Shown in pieces: positions 44,848 through 58,660 of a stretch of 64,000 nucleotides of DNA. The DNA lies in the NCBI GenBank assembly GCA_964016885.1, contig OZ024746.1:78120001-78184000 (forward strand), in the 5' to 3' direction. Both the position numbers and the translations under genes were made by a program. Numbering within the stretch: the stretch's first letter is position 1; each line of letters begins with the position of its first letter. A model generated the notes under the pieces. The model did not search any database. It saw nothing but the letters and a program-made list of their open reading frames with translations, and was not told where the DNA came from. Origin of the DNA: Eledone cirrhosa. Lineage: Eukaryota.

Positions 44848-44979
44848 AACTAATTACACAGTTCTTTTCACATATGTCTTTCTTTTCTCCTTGTAGGTAA
44901 GTACAAGATTACAAAAAAAAAAAAAACTCCTAGTAAATGTTTTCTCGGAAGATTCTAAGATTCTGGAAGATGGGTGAGT
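44848..44979 (+). other. Candidate recursive splice site plus 77-nt RS-exon, or a small exon ending in ATGG
   Basis: Branch-like CTAAT at about 44850, pyrimidine tract TCTTTCTTTTCTCCTTGT, AG at 44895-44896 directly followed by GTAAGT, and a second donor G|GTGAGT at 44974. Confidence 0.55.
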
Positions 44980-45530
44980 CTTTAATTTAATATTTACATG
45001 ATGCTGTAAAAACTGCTCCCACAGTGGGAGAAAACAAGTCCTTTTGGCTGGGATAGGGAATTTAAAAAATACAAATTGTTATGAATCAATCAGGAATAGT
45101 TGGTCGGTTCTGATGACCTTTTAAGGTTCTTCCAGATCTGTAAATTTGATGTAGTTGATACAAATTCTGAAGAACATCTGCATTTGATGTCTGCAAGGAT
45201 ATCGTAGACTGAAATTTAAAAAAAAATATTTTATTCTAAATGGCTTACAATTAACTTGTTGGTGATTATATTTCTAATGAAATACATTCTATTTCCAGCA
45301 ATTAGAGAAGAATTTTGAGGGATTTATTAAAATTATTAAACACATTTTTTTGTTTTTTGTGGGTGATGATGTTGGAATCATGTATTAGTGCCATTCTTTT
45401 GTTCTTTTGCCCGCTAGTCAACTAATATTTAAAATTTCCTTATTGCTGGCAACATATGTAAATAAGCTGTTATTATTATATTTTCTGAATTGGTGGATTG
45501 GCAGTATCGGTAGAAGGTCGGATGCCATGC

Positions 45531-45780
45531 CTGTTTCCAAAGCCAGAATTTCTTCTCTAGTTTTTCCACAGATTTGGTTATTAGAATCAGGTGTTCCCAT
45601 TGGCAACCTGTCTTAATCTCTTTTGTTATGGCCTGCAGAACTATGATAAACAGTAGTAGGCTGAGGACGGAGCCCTGATGAACATCTACTTGCACATTGA
45701 ATTCATCACTAAACTCATTGTCTACTCTCACCTTACTAATGACTCCTCTGTACATGGCTTGCACTACTCTTACAAGCTAT
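45531..45780 (-). mobile_element. RTE LINE reverse-transcriptase fragment
   Basis: QAMYRGVISKVRVDNEFSDEFNVQVDVHQGSVLSLLLFIIVLQAI contains the QGxxLSP motif. The catalytic YADD segment is missing. Confidence 0.9.
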
Positions 45781-46435
45781 CCTTCTACACCTATATAGAT
45801 ACACACACATATGCATCGCTGTCATACAGTTTCTGTTTAACTAATTGCATTCACCAGGTGTTGGTCAATCTGAGGCTATGGTAGAAGACACTTGCCCAAG
45901 GTGCCAGACAGGGGTTGGGAATCAACCTGAAAGCTCATGGTTGTGAAATGAACTCCTTAACCACACATGCCAACATGACCTGAAGAAGCTATTTAACTGT
46001 AGAAAACATGTTACAGGCAACATATATCCAATATATACAATAACAACGCATTGTGTGATTTGATGTGGGGAGTGTAGATATTTTCTGTTGTTTTATTCTA
46101 ATACTATTTATGAATGAGGTGCATATTCCATTCAAGTACCTTATTACAAGATTGTTGTTTGTCTTAGAACAATAACAACAACAGCAGCAGTAACAACAGG
46201 AGTCATTTCTTTGAACAATGTTTGTGTGTGTGTTTTTTTTCTTGTTGGTGTTGTTTGTTGTTCTTTTTTTTCTCTCATATTTTCAAAGTAGATATTTTTC
46301 TTTTAGTATTTCATCTACATGTTTGCATAAGTCACAAAGATGTTCTTGTATGTATGTAATCAATCTCTGTCTGTTTGTATGATGTGTATATATGTGTGTG
46401 TACACACATATATATATATATATATACACACATTC

Positions 46436-46467
<32 letters not shown>

Positions 46468-46548
46468 GCACAAACATACATATATATACATACATATTCA
46501 TATTCATAAATGTACACATATGTATGTGTGTGTGTGTATATATATATA

Positions 46549-46579
<31 letters not shown>

Positions 46580-46707
46580 ATACATATATGTATATACACA
46601 CATATATGTATATATCTTTTGTTCTCTCCCCGAAACTTGTTCACTTGCTTGTTTCTAATTTTACTTACAACTGTTGTTATCTTGCTATTTTGTCTATTTA
46701 ATTTTTT

Positions 46708-46743
<36 letters not shown>

Positions 46744-47442
46744 CCATAACATAATCCAGATGTCTTGTTAATTTCTTTTATATACATTCCAATTTATTTC
46801 TTAAGGAGAGAGTGTGCTTTGTTCTTTGGTAGTTTTTTTATTATTATTATTATTTTTTTAGTTTGTTCTTTGTTCTTTGGTAGTTTATTATTATTATTAT
46901 TATTTTGTTAGCTTGTTCTTTGTTCTAGTGTTTTTGTTGTTGTGTTTTGTTGTTGATTTTTTTTATCTTCTCCTTATGCAATAATGATTTCATCTTTCAG
47001 CAGAGTAAATTATCTTATTACAACACATCTTGCCTATTTATAGCAAAAAAAAAAAAAGCTATATTTACTTACATCAATGGTATTTGTAAAAAATACTATT
47101 TAGTCTTTTTACATTGTTTATAATTTAATGATTTGAAGGAAAAAGAAAATAAAAAGCCCCCAAAACTCTTTATTCTTCTCTTCACACCAACTTGTAAAAG
47201 TAAATTGATCACCCCCCCCCCCCCCCCCATACACAGATACACGCCACCAATCAAACATGGTTGTAACATAGAATAACTCAATTAAAGTTTCAGCTTCAGC
47301 CTCATTGTTGTTGTTGTTGTTGTTGTATAGGGTATCAGTATTGTCATCATCTTCCCCCCTCATCGTCCTCCACCTCCTCCTCATCATCATCATCATTATC
47401 ATCACCTCTATTATCTTCATATCCTCATCATCATCCATCTCT

Positions 47443-47475
<33 letters not shown>

Positions 47476-48025
47476 TCTATTATCTTCAAAGCCTCATCAT
47501 CTCTATCATCATCATCATCATCATCAATATCATCATCATCTACTTGTTGTGGCCAGTTTGTATCTATTCAATGTATAATCTATATATGAATATATATACT
47601 AATGTCTTTTATATATGCCTGGAAGATTCAAAATACCCTTTAGGCACATAACAGTACAGTCTCAGTACACTAGCTGCCACTGGTGGAAATACCATAATGC
47701 CTACATTCATTTACATATAGTTTATTTTGGATGTAATTGAGATTTGTCTCCCTTTATCTTCCTCTTTTGTGATATTGATATTGAAGCCATAAAAAAATAA
47801 TAGGACTGTGGATTATTGTGTGTTTGTCCTTCCTACTCCTGCATTATGCACACACAGACACACACAGACACACACACATTGTGCCTTGCTAGAAGGAAAT
47901 AGCACTCAAACAACAGCTGTCTATGCATATATATATTTATACAGGTAGAGGTATGTATAAAACCTAAAGTGTTTTCCTAGCAGTATAGGTTGTATAGATT
48001 AGTGGTGAGTATGGTATTTAGGAGT

Positions 48026-48100
<75 letters not shown>

Positions 48101-48563
48101 AGATACTATTTATAGTTATGTATGTATATACTATACTATAAACAACTATAAACACGGAAGGTCAGTAATTTATTACTACCTTATTACCAGTAAGAGAAAT
48201 AGCTCAATGTAAGAACATCAGTTGTTTTACAGAGCAGTTATATAAAATATATATATAGAATATAGAATATATATATATAATTCTCTCTCTCTATATATAT
48301 ATATATGGTTGACATTAGGAAGGGCATCCAGTTGTAGAAGCGAAGCCAGAATCAGTTCTGTTTGAGCAAGACATGGTCACCTGACCTGGCATTGCTCACA
48401 ACAGGACAACTCGTCTAACCCATGCTAGCGTGTAAAAATGGACTTTAAACGATGATGATGAGGAGGATTGGCAGAACATGCATACAGAAAACCAGTTACA
48501 TAACATGAACTGGCAACTGCTTATCTACCTCGTCAGCCACTTTGGTAGCATGAAATTTTGTGC

Positions 48564-48607
<44 letters not shown>

Positions 48608-48705
48608 TGTGTATGTATACGTGTATGAATATGTATCCATTCACTTCAGAACACTGCTTTTTATATATTACACATCACATTTTCAATTTCATGTCTACTG
48701 TAATG

Positions 48706-48750
<45 letters not shown>

Positions 48751-48751
<1 letters not shown>

Positions 48752-49074
48752 ACGAGAGTGCAAGGGAAGGAGAGGGAGAAAATTAACTGATACCAGGACT
48801 TAAAGTGGGAAGTAAAAAGGATTTGGAACTGCCATGAAGTCAAAGTGGTCCCGATTGTCAAAGGCACACTAGGTACTATCTCAAAGAGTTTCCAGGGATG
48901 GTTAAAGAAAATTGGTCCCGCCCCGCTTTTTGGAACACTTCAAAAGGCATGCTTGCTGGGAACAGCAAGAACCCTCCGATACGTCCTGAATATCTGAGGC
49001 TGCAGGTAGTGGCTTGATATTCATTTCAACAAACTTTCCAGTTAACTAACATCACTGACTGAGACTCAAAGAAC
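48751..49074 (+). mobile_element. R4/Dong-clade non-LTR retrotransposon 3' end (restriction-like endonuclease C-terminus plus 3' UTR)
   Basis: Frame from 48752: KEREKIN*YQDLKWEVKRIWNCHEVKVVPIVKGTLGTISK...LQKACLLGTARTLRYVLNI* (stop at 48995-48997). Flanked by (TAA)n on both sides. Confidence 0.85.
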
Positions 49075-49226
49075 AATAATAATAATAATAATAATTTTCA
49101 ATTTTATTTTTATGCCCCACCATTATTAACTATGGAGGTCAAAGAATTACACGACATGTGTAATGGCATATTTCTAATCTATGTACCGTTAATGTTAAAC
49201 ATGGATAAAACAGAAATATTATGAAA

Positions 49227-49753
49227 TCTCTATATATAAAGCTGTGGTTGTCTGTCTGTCTATCGATTTTTGGCACACATCTCCTCTTAGAATCTCTGAC
49301 GGAATTGCACCGAAATTGCTATACTTGTACATTGAGCCCTAGCGAAGACATCGGAAAATAAATATTTCAAATTGACCCACCCTATGTGACGAAATCGAAT
49401 CTAATGTATCGATTTTTGAGCGTAAGTGACGAGTTATTTCCCTTTGTTCTGTTTACATTGAGCGTCTTACGTTGTTTTTCTCTGCGTTGCAGTGTTTACA
49501 TTTTCGATCTTTGTTAATAAATAACCAGTGCAGTTTTTATCCCCAGCATCCTCTGTTGTTATAACATTTGGGTTATCGTTATGTTTTCTTAACTTCATAA
49601 GGCATATTGTTGGTTGAGGGAATATTAATCAAAAACACCACATGCAAGTCTGCACAGTAGACATTACAGTTTTTAAGCCAAAAAAGAAACTTAACATTGT
49701 AACTTTAACACAGCTACTGAGTGACCCCGAGCAACGTCGGGCTTTACTGCTAG
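49227..49753 (+). mobile_element. Non-autonomous Helitron
   Basis: 5' A|TCTCTATATATAAAG followed by short TCTG repeats. 3' hairpin CCCGA-GCAACG-TCGGG (49726-49741), then CTAG|T. No TSD. Confidence 0.85.
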
Positions 49754-50139
49754 TATATTATAAAATATAATATACGGAAACCAAATGTTGAAGCTTCTCT
49801 GTCTCTGTCTTGCTCTCTCATTATCTCTATCTTTACAATCATTTTTAGGAAACATAAAAGAATGTTCTGACATTTATGCCTTTCCCGTGGATAAAACCAT
49901 TTAAAGTGAAATATGCACACATACATAAAAATACAGCTATTGAACCCTTTAGCATTTAAATCAGCCATATCCGGCCAGTATTTTCTTACCTCTTTCTGTT
50001 CAAACCAGTCATAACTGGACGTTCATACTAATGTTAAGGTATTGTTCTAAAAATAAATAATATCAAAATCACATAGATTCGATATTATGTGAGGTAAAGC
50101 GTTTACTGCAAAAATAGAATAATATGTATATAGAGTAAT

Positions 50140-50328
50140 TGTTTCTACTATTGGCACAAGGCCAGCAATTACCCAGTACATTACTGGTACTTTATTTTAT
50201 CGACACCGTAAGGATGAAAGGTAAAATTAACCTTGGCGGGATTTGAACTCAGAATGGCAAGGGCCGTAACTCTATGCGTCAAAGCATGGCGTTCGATCCT
50301 CTACCAATACTGCCAATCCACCGCCCTT
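50140..50328 (-). mobile_element. Full-length tRNA-SINE with an 18-bp TSD, inserted in a family A MITE
   Basis: ATATGTATATAGAGTAAT occurs at 50122-50139 and 50329-50346. The body matches the 41.4-42.5 kb family. Confidence 0.9.
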
Positions 50329-51152
50329 ATATGTATATAGAGTAATGTAACCTATTCATTTTTTTTCTGAAGTTTTAACTCCTAATGTCCTGTACCACAC
50401 GAATCCGCATTAGCGTCACATTCCTGAAAAGTTAAAATGGCACAATGACTACATCACAGTAAAAACGAAAGTTTTTACTCTAATACTGCACATGTTCACA
50501 GTGATCTGTCTAGTTGTAAATATACTATAAACATTTGAATTAATAGACCTGTTTTTAGATATTTTCTGTTGAATTATTACAAGATGTTGAGTGTTAGTCT
50601 ATTCATCATACACACTGTTGTCACCGTCATTGTTCTTATCATCATCATACACACTGTTGTCATCATCGTTGCTCTTATCATCATCATTCATTGTGTTTGT
50701 TGTTTCATGCTGTCATAGAATATATACCCCGTCCTTGAGCACTCAACAGCTGATGGAATCGTGGAGACACCTTCATAGCATATGGTGTGTCTTGGACATT
50801 TTAAACCTGGTAGAGCCCATGTTAGTCTATGTCTGACTATCACCAATTTTTTAAAGAGAGATAGAGCAAAGTAAGAAGAATCAATCCCAGGACTTGACTG
50901 ACTGGTATGTTATTAATTGATACAAAAGGATTGAAAGGTAGAGTTAGTCTTGGTGGGATTTGAACTCAGGGTCCACAGAGCCGGATTGAATAACACAAGG
51001 TATTCAGATGATTCTACCAACTTGTTGCCTTATGGTGGGTTACACTTACACACTTACCCAAATATATTCATACTACACACATACATACGCACACATGCAT
51101 GCATATATATATAATATATATAGCATGGAAAATGGACGTTAAACGATGATGA

Positions 51153-51202
<50 letters not shown>

Positions 51203-51241
51203 TATATAATATATATACCATGGAAAATGGACGTTAAATGA

Positions 51242-51275
<34 letters not shown>

Positions 51276-51307
51276 TCATCATCATTTAAGGTCCATTTTA
51301 CATGCTA

Positions 51308-51362
<55 letters not shown>

Positions 51363-51639
51363 CAGACACTTATATATAAACATTTAAAACATGGCTGAGC
51401 AGAAAGCAAATTCTCCTCCTCCCCTTTCTCCAGTCAAATAGCTATGATACTATTTCCAAGGTTTTAAACTATTAATGTGATGCGCTCTTAATGGAATCCA
51501 GTACAGTAGCTGTGCTCAGCATCCTTCTTTTAAAATGCCACTAACTTCAGAATGTCATGGCTGCAGTCATTTCAGATAGCAATGGTGATCTCTGGAGAAG
51601 TGAAGCGAAAATGTCGTTTGCACACTTCAATGATGCTGG

Positions 51640-51978
51640 ATCTTCTTCTCCTTCTCCTCCGCCTCTTCTTCTCCTTCTCCTCCACCTCTTCTTCTTCTTT
51701 CTTCTTCTTCTTCTTCTTCTTCTTCTTCTTCTTCTTCTTCTTCTTCTTCTTCTTCTTCTTCTTCTTCTTTTTCTTCTTCTTCTTTGCCTTCTTCTTCTTT
51801 GCCTTCTTCTTCTTCTTTGCCTTCTTCTTCTTTGCCTTCTTTTTCTTTGCCTTCTTCTTTGCCTTCTTTTTCTTTGCCTTCTTCTTCTTTGCCTTCTTCT
51901 TCTTCTCCTTCTTCTTCTTCTTCTTCTTTACCTTCTTTTTCTTTTTCTTTTTATTTTTTTCCTTTTTTTCTTCTTCTT
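51640..51978. repeat. (CTT)n trinucleotide tract with GCC interruptions
   Basis: Directly visible. Confidence 0.97.
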
Positions 51979-52188
51979 TATATATATATCAGCATCATCG
52001 TTTAACGTCTATTTCCACGCTAGCATGGGTTAGATGGGGATTGTCCCACTTGAGGCAAGATTGATTGGGTGACCGTGCCTCACTCATATAGGACTGTATA
52101 TATATATATAATCTTGCCTCAAATGGGAAAACTCCCGTCCAGACCCATGCAAGCATGGAAGATGGACGTTAAACGATGATGATGATGA

Positions 52189-52230
<42 letters not shown>

Positions 52231-52677
52231 CAAGGAGACAACAAACAGAGGTATAAAAAGTCTTATTAGTTTCACGCTTTATATTTGAAAGTTTGATGTG
52301 TCGGACTTAAGCCCTTCTTCAGGAGTACAAAATAGGGACAGGATCACAATGCAGAAACAGAATATATATGTTTGTATGTGTGTGATGTTACATGAGAGGC
52401 CCACCAAACCTGAACTACCCTGGGATTCTACAATGTCTAAATCTGATCTTCTTTATGCCCTTCCTTGTCATCAACCACTTTATAACATGGACTGGGCATA
52501 TGTCATAATGCTGCCAGCACTAGTGTTTAGTGAGAATGTTTATATTGAAATATGTGGGTAGGTTCTGATGTGTTGGTCAGTGTATATACGAAGAATTGGC
52601 TGAGATTGAACTGGTTCTGCCTTCATTTGGAGGTCAGTATGCTGAGTATGTATGTATCTATGTATGCATCTCTCTCA

Positions 52678-52727
<50 letters not shown>

Positions 52728-52800
52728 ATTTACGTATGTATATATGTATTTACATATGTATGTATAATGCATGCATGTTTTTTATGCATGTATGGATGTA

Positions 52801-53250
<450 letters not shown>

Positions 53251-53350
53251 TATCTATGTATGTACATGTATGTACGTGCATATGTATGTATGTATCGGTG
53301 TATGTATATACATGTATATATATATATATCTATATATGTATATGTATATG

Positions 53351-53383
<33 letters not shown>

Positions 53384-53658
53384 GTATATGTATATATATG
53401 TATATATATATGTATATATGTATGTGTATGTATATGTATATGTGTATGTATATATATATGTATATGTATATATATATATATGTATATATATGTATATATA
53501 TATATATGTATGTATATATATGTGTATATGTGTATGTATATGTGTATATGTGTGTGTATATATATATGTATATATGTATGTATGTGTATGTGTATATGTA
53601 TATATATATGTATATATATATATATGTATATATATATGTGTATATATATATGTATATG

Positions 53659-53689
<31 letters not shown>

Positions 53690-53849
53690 GTATATGTATG
53701 TATATATATATATGTATATATATGTGTGTATATATATATGTATATGTATATATATATGTGTATATATATATATATATGTATATGTATGTATATATATATA
53801 TGTATATGTATGTATATATGTGTGGATATATATATGTATATATATATAT

Positions 53850-54265
53850 CTTCCGGGAAAGATGACCCCTTAGCCTTTGTCAAGGCAGAATTCTAGGAGA
53901 AGGAAAGCTCTGATATAACACCTGCAACCCTGATGGTATCCAATGATGTTGACTTGTTCTTCTTTTTGGTAAATATCATCTTGGTTAAGAGAGTGGGACT
54001 GGCTTTGTGCAGTGCCTTTGCTCACTATAAAAGCTTCACGGCACAGCCATTGCTTTATATCTGGAGATCTCTCTGCACTTGTCATCACATGGTACCAAGG
54101 GCCCAGCACTATGTGTCAGTAATTGTCACAAGTGTAGTGTTTGTACCAGAGTTTTCAAGTCGCTGGCTGGACTAAAAAGTCACACTCGTTCAGCGCATCG
54201 GTAGGGGTTCTCCTACATGGATATAAAGTAGTGGCCGTACTCGAAAACGAGTTGGCAGCCACCAT
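53850..54265 (+). mobile_element. Internally deleted (bipartite) RTE-derived element
   Basis: RTE 5'-type motif CTAGGAGAAGGAAAGCTCTGA (53893-53913). Terminal C2H2 finger HKCSVCTRVFKSLAGLKSHTRSAHR* (stop at 54202-54204). Short 3' UTR with a CTCG-AAAA-CGAG hairpin. Confidence 0.7.
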
Positions 54266-54763
54266 GTATATACATATTTACATGTGTATGTATAACGCAT
54301 GCATATTTAGATGCATGTATGGATGTATCTATGTATCTGTGTATGTACGTGCATATGTTTGTATGTACATATGTATGAATGTATGTATGTATGTATTTAC
54401 ATATGTATGTATAATGGATGTATGCATGTCTATATACATGTACGGATGTACTTATCTCTGTATATATATGTGTGTGTGTGGTGGGTTCACTTCTCAAAGC
54501 AGATGTTTGCCTATCTCTAAGTAGCTTATCTGCGTTACATGATGTACAGATAATAACTGCTAAATGCAATGTCTGTATATGTGTGTTTGATTGTGTACGT
54601 GTGTGTGTATGCTAACAGCTATGTGTGTGTTTGTATATGTATGTGCGTGTACACAGACACACACACACACAGATACACACACATACATATATGTATATAT
54701 ATATAAATGTGTATATATATATGTGTATGTATGTATGTGTGTGTGTGTGTCTATATATATATG

Positions 54764-54812
<49 letters not shown>

Positions 54813-55626
54813 GTATATGTATATATATATGCATATATATATATAAATGTATATGTATATATATATATATGCATATATATATATGCATATATATATAAAT
54901 GTATATGTATATATATACATATGCATATATATATATATATGTATATGCATATATATATATATATATATGTATATGTATATATGCATATATATATATATAT
55001 ATCTATGCATATGTACGTATATACATATATATACATACATATATAAATACATACATACACGCTTTTTCTATTTCTCTCATTCTTTCTCTGTATCTCTCTC
55101 TCATTCTCTCTCTTTCTCTCTTTTTCTCCCATTCTCTCTCTCTCTCTATTTATCTATCTCTCTCTCTTCCTCTCTCTCTCTCTGTATTTCCCTTGTCATT
55201 CCTTCACCTACAAAAGTGGTCAACCATTTACACACTCCTCATGAATACCTGTCCATCACTTAGAATTATGGCTGAAGTGCTGTCACAATGCCTTTGTCCA
55301 GCTTTCCTCTTTGCCTCTCTGCTATCTGATGGGACTCCATCTACAGTGGCCACTTACTATCTTGGACTGGATCTTCACTGCTCCCCACCTCGCTCTGTGT
55401 ATATATCTGTGTGTCTTTGTGTACATATGTGTGTGCGTGTGTATATATATGTGATGATGATGATCATCATCATTGTTTAATGTCCATCTTCCACGCTAGC
55501 AAGGTTGGTCGGTTGACCGTGTCTCGCTCATATAGGACTGTCTGGCAGGATTTCTACGGCTGGATGCCCTTCCTAACACCAGCCACAATATATATATATA
55601 TACATATATACATATATATATATAGT

Positions 55627-55668
<42 letters not shown>

Positions 55669-55943
55669 ACTATCCGGGAGCTTCCAACAGTAATGGTTGC
55701 ATTCTTTAAGGGTATGTCAATATTTATTCATAAAACTGCTCTATATTATATTTTATCTGATGAAAGCACACCATAATTTAACTTGGTGTCCTTGAAATAT
55801 GTATAATGAAATAAATATAGTTTTATAAATATAGTTTCCATTTATTAATATCGTATTTTTTTTACTCCAAATATTTGTTGAGTGCTTTATACCAGTTATA
55901 AAAATATTTGCTTGTTGTATCCCAACAATTTAAATAGAACTTT

Positions 55944-56000
<57 letters not shown>

Positions 56001-56016
56001 GTGTGTGTGATATATG

Positions 56017-56064
<48 letters not shown>

Positions 56065-56106
56065 CGTGTATTTGTGTGTATGTATGTGTGGGTGTATTTG
56101 TGTGTG

Positions 56107-56137
<31 letters not shown>

Positions 56138-56269
56138 ATTTGTGTGTATATATATATGTGTGTTTGTGTGCGTGTATATATATATATATATATATAACTC
56201 ATGCTAGCATGGAAAAGGGACGTTAAACAATGATGACGATGGTGTTGTGTGTGTGTGTGTATTTGTGTG

Positions 56270-56302
<33 letters not shown>

Positions 56303-56483
56303 ATTTGTGTATATATATATGTGTGTGTATATATATATATGTGTGTGTGTGTATTTGTGTATATATATATATGTGTATATATATATATATATATGTGTAT
56401 TTGTGTATATATATATGTGTGTATTTGTGTATATATATCTGTGTGTGTATTTGTGTATATATATATGTGTGTGTGTATTTGTG

Positions 56484-56534
<51 letters not shown>

Positions 56535-56769
56535 TCTACTGGTGGAAGAATGCTGACATCCATATCCTAACCATCTATAAATTTATTTTAAGGATGATTT
56601 GCAAGTTGTTTGACTGCTATTTTTAACAGGTTGATCAACCACAAAGTGGCTCATTCATTGACTCGTTAAGTGAAGATTGCTTTCTGTTTGAAGTGCTGAG
56701 CTTAGATTTCTTGACGATGTGAGGGATGGCATCAAGAGAACCACTTGAATGTATCTCATTTTGATGATC

Positions 56770-57010
56770 TATCATCATCATCACCAGCACCACTATCAAC
56801 ATCATCAGCACTATCATCATCATCATCATCATCATCAAGATCAGCAGCAGCACTATCATCATCATCATCATCATCAAGATCAGCAGCAGCACTATCATCA
56901 TCATCATCAAGATCATCATCATCATCATCATCATCAAGATCAGCAGCAGCACTATCATCATCATCATCATCAAGATCAGCAGCAGCACTATCATCATCAT
57001 CATCATCAAG

Positions 57011-57044
<34 letters not shown>

Positions 57045-57372
57045 AGATCAGCACTATCAGCAGCAGCACTATCATTATCATCATCATCAGCAGCAACACT
57101 ATCATCATTATCAGCAGCACTATCATCATCATCATCAAGATTAGCACTATCATCATCATCATCAACATCAGCAGCAGCTCTATCATTATCATCATCAGCA
57201 GCAACACTATCATCATTATCAGCAGCACTATCATCGTCATCATCGTCAGCGCTATCATCATCATCAGCAGCAGCACTACTATCATCGTCAGCACCAGCAG
57301 CAGCACTATCATCATCATCATCATCATCATCATCATTGTCATTATTATCATCATCATCACCATCATCATTGT
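56770..57372. repeat. Compound (CAT)/(CAG) trinucleotide repeat with higher-order units
   Basis: CAAGATCAGCAGCAGCACTAT(CAT)n recurs. Confidence 0.95.
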
Positions 57373-57672
57373 CACCCATTTAATATCTATTTTTCATGAT
57401 CACATGGATTAGGCAGGTTGCCATGTTTTGATGTTTGACTGGTTTCTATGGCTGGATGCCCTTCCTAATGCCAACCACTTTACATAATATACTGGGAGCA
57501 TTTTATTGTGGCACCAGCACTACCAACACCATTACAAGGTGGACTGGATGGTTGATTTTTTGTTTTTGTTTTAATTGTGACACCACCTCATCTACCTTAC
57601 TGAATCGCCTGTGTGCCTTTCATTAGGCACCAGCAGTACTGCTTTACAGTGCTAACTGGGGGCTCTTTGTTG

Positions 57673-58660
57673 TAGCACCTGCACTACCACTTTACAGAAT
57701 AGGTTTGGTGCATTTTATCATAGCACCAGCACTACCACTTTACAGAATAGGCTTGGTGCATTTTATCATAGCACCAGCACTACCACTTTACGGAATAGGT
57801 TTGGTGCATTTTATCATAGCACCAGCACTACCACTTTACAGAATAGGCTTGGTGCATTTTATCATAGCACCAGCACTACCACTTTACAGAATAGGCTTGG
57901 TGCATTTTATCATAGCACCTGCACTACCACTTTACAGAATAGGCTTGGTGCATTTTATCATAGCACCAGCACTACCACTTTACAGAATAGGCTTGGTGCA
58001 TTTTATCATAGCACCAGCACTACCACTTTACGGAATAGGTTTGGTGCATTTTATCATAGCACCAGCACTACCACTTTACAGAATAGGCTTGGTGCATTTT
58101 ATCATAGCACCAGCACTACCACTTTACAGAATAGGCTTGGTGCATTTTATCATAGCACCTGCACTACCACTTTACAGAATAGGCTTGGTGCATTTTATCA
58201 TAGCACCAGCACTACCACTTTACAGAATAGGCTTGGTGCATTTTATCATAGCACCTGCACTACCACTTTACAGAATAGGCTTGGTGCATTTTATCATAGC
58301 ACCAGCACTACCACTTTACAGAATAGGCTTGGTGCATTTTATCATAGCACCTGCACTACCACTTTACAGAATAGGCTTGGTGCATTTTATCATAGCACCA
58401 GCACTACCACTTTACAGAATAGGCTTGGTGCATTTTATCATAGCACCAGCACTACCACTTTACAGAATAGGCTTGGTGCATTTTATCATAGCACCAGCAC
58501 TACCACTTTACAGAATAGGCTTGGTGCATTTTATCATAGCACCTGCACTACCACTTTACAGAATAGGCTTGGTGCATTTTATCATAGCACCAGCACTACC
58601 ACTTTACAGAATAGGCTTGGTGCATTTTATCATAGCACCAGCACTACCACTTTACAGAGT
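57673..58660. repeat. 48-bp tandem array, about 20 copies
   Basis: Unit CATAGCACCAGCACTACCACTTTACAGAATAGGCTTGGTGCATTTTAT. Confidence 0.98.

Noticed and set aside
56756-57379. Asp-rich or His/Gln-rich protein
   Set aside because: A CAT/CAG trinucleotide expansion open in several frames, adjoining a SINE (CAT)n tail.
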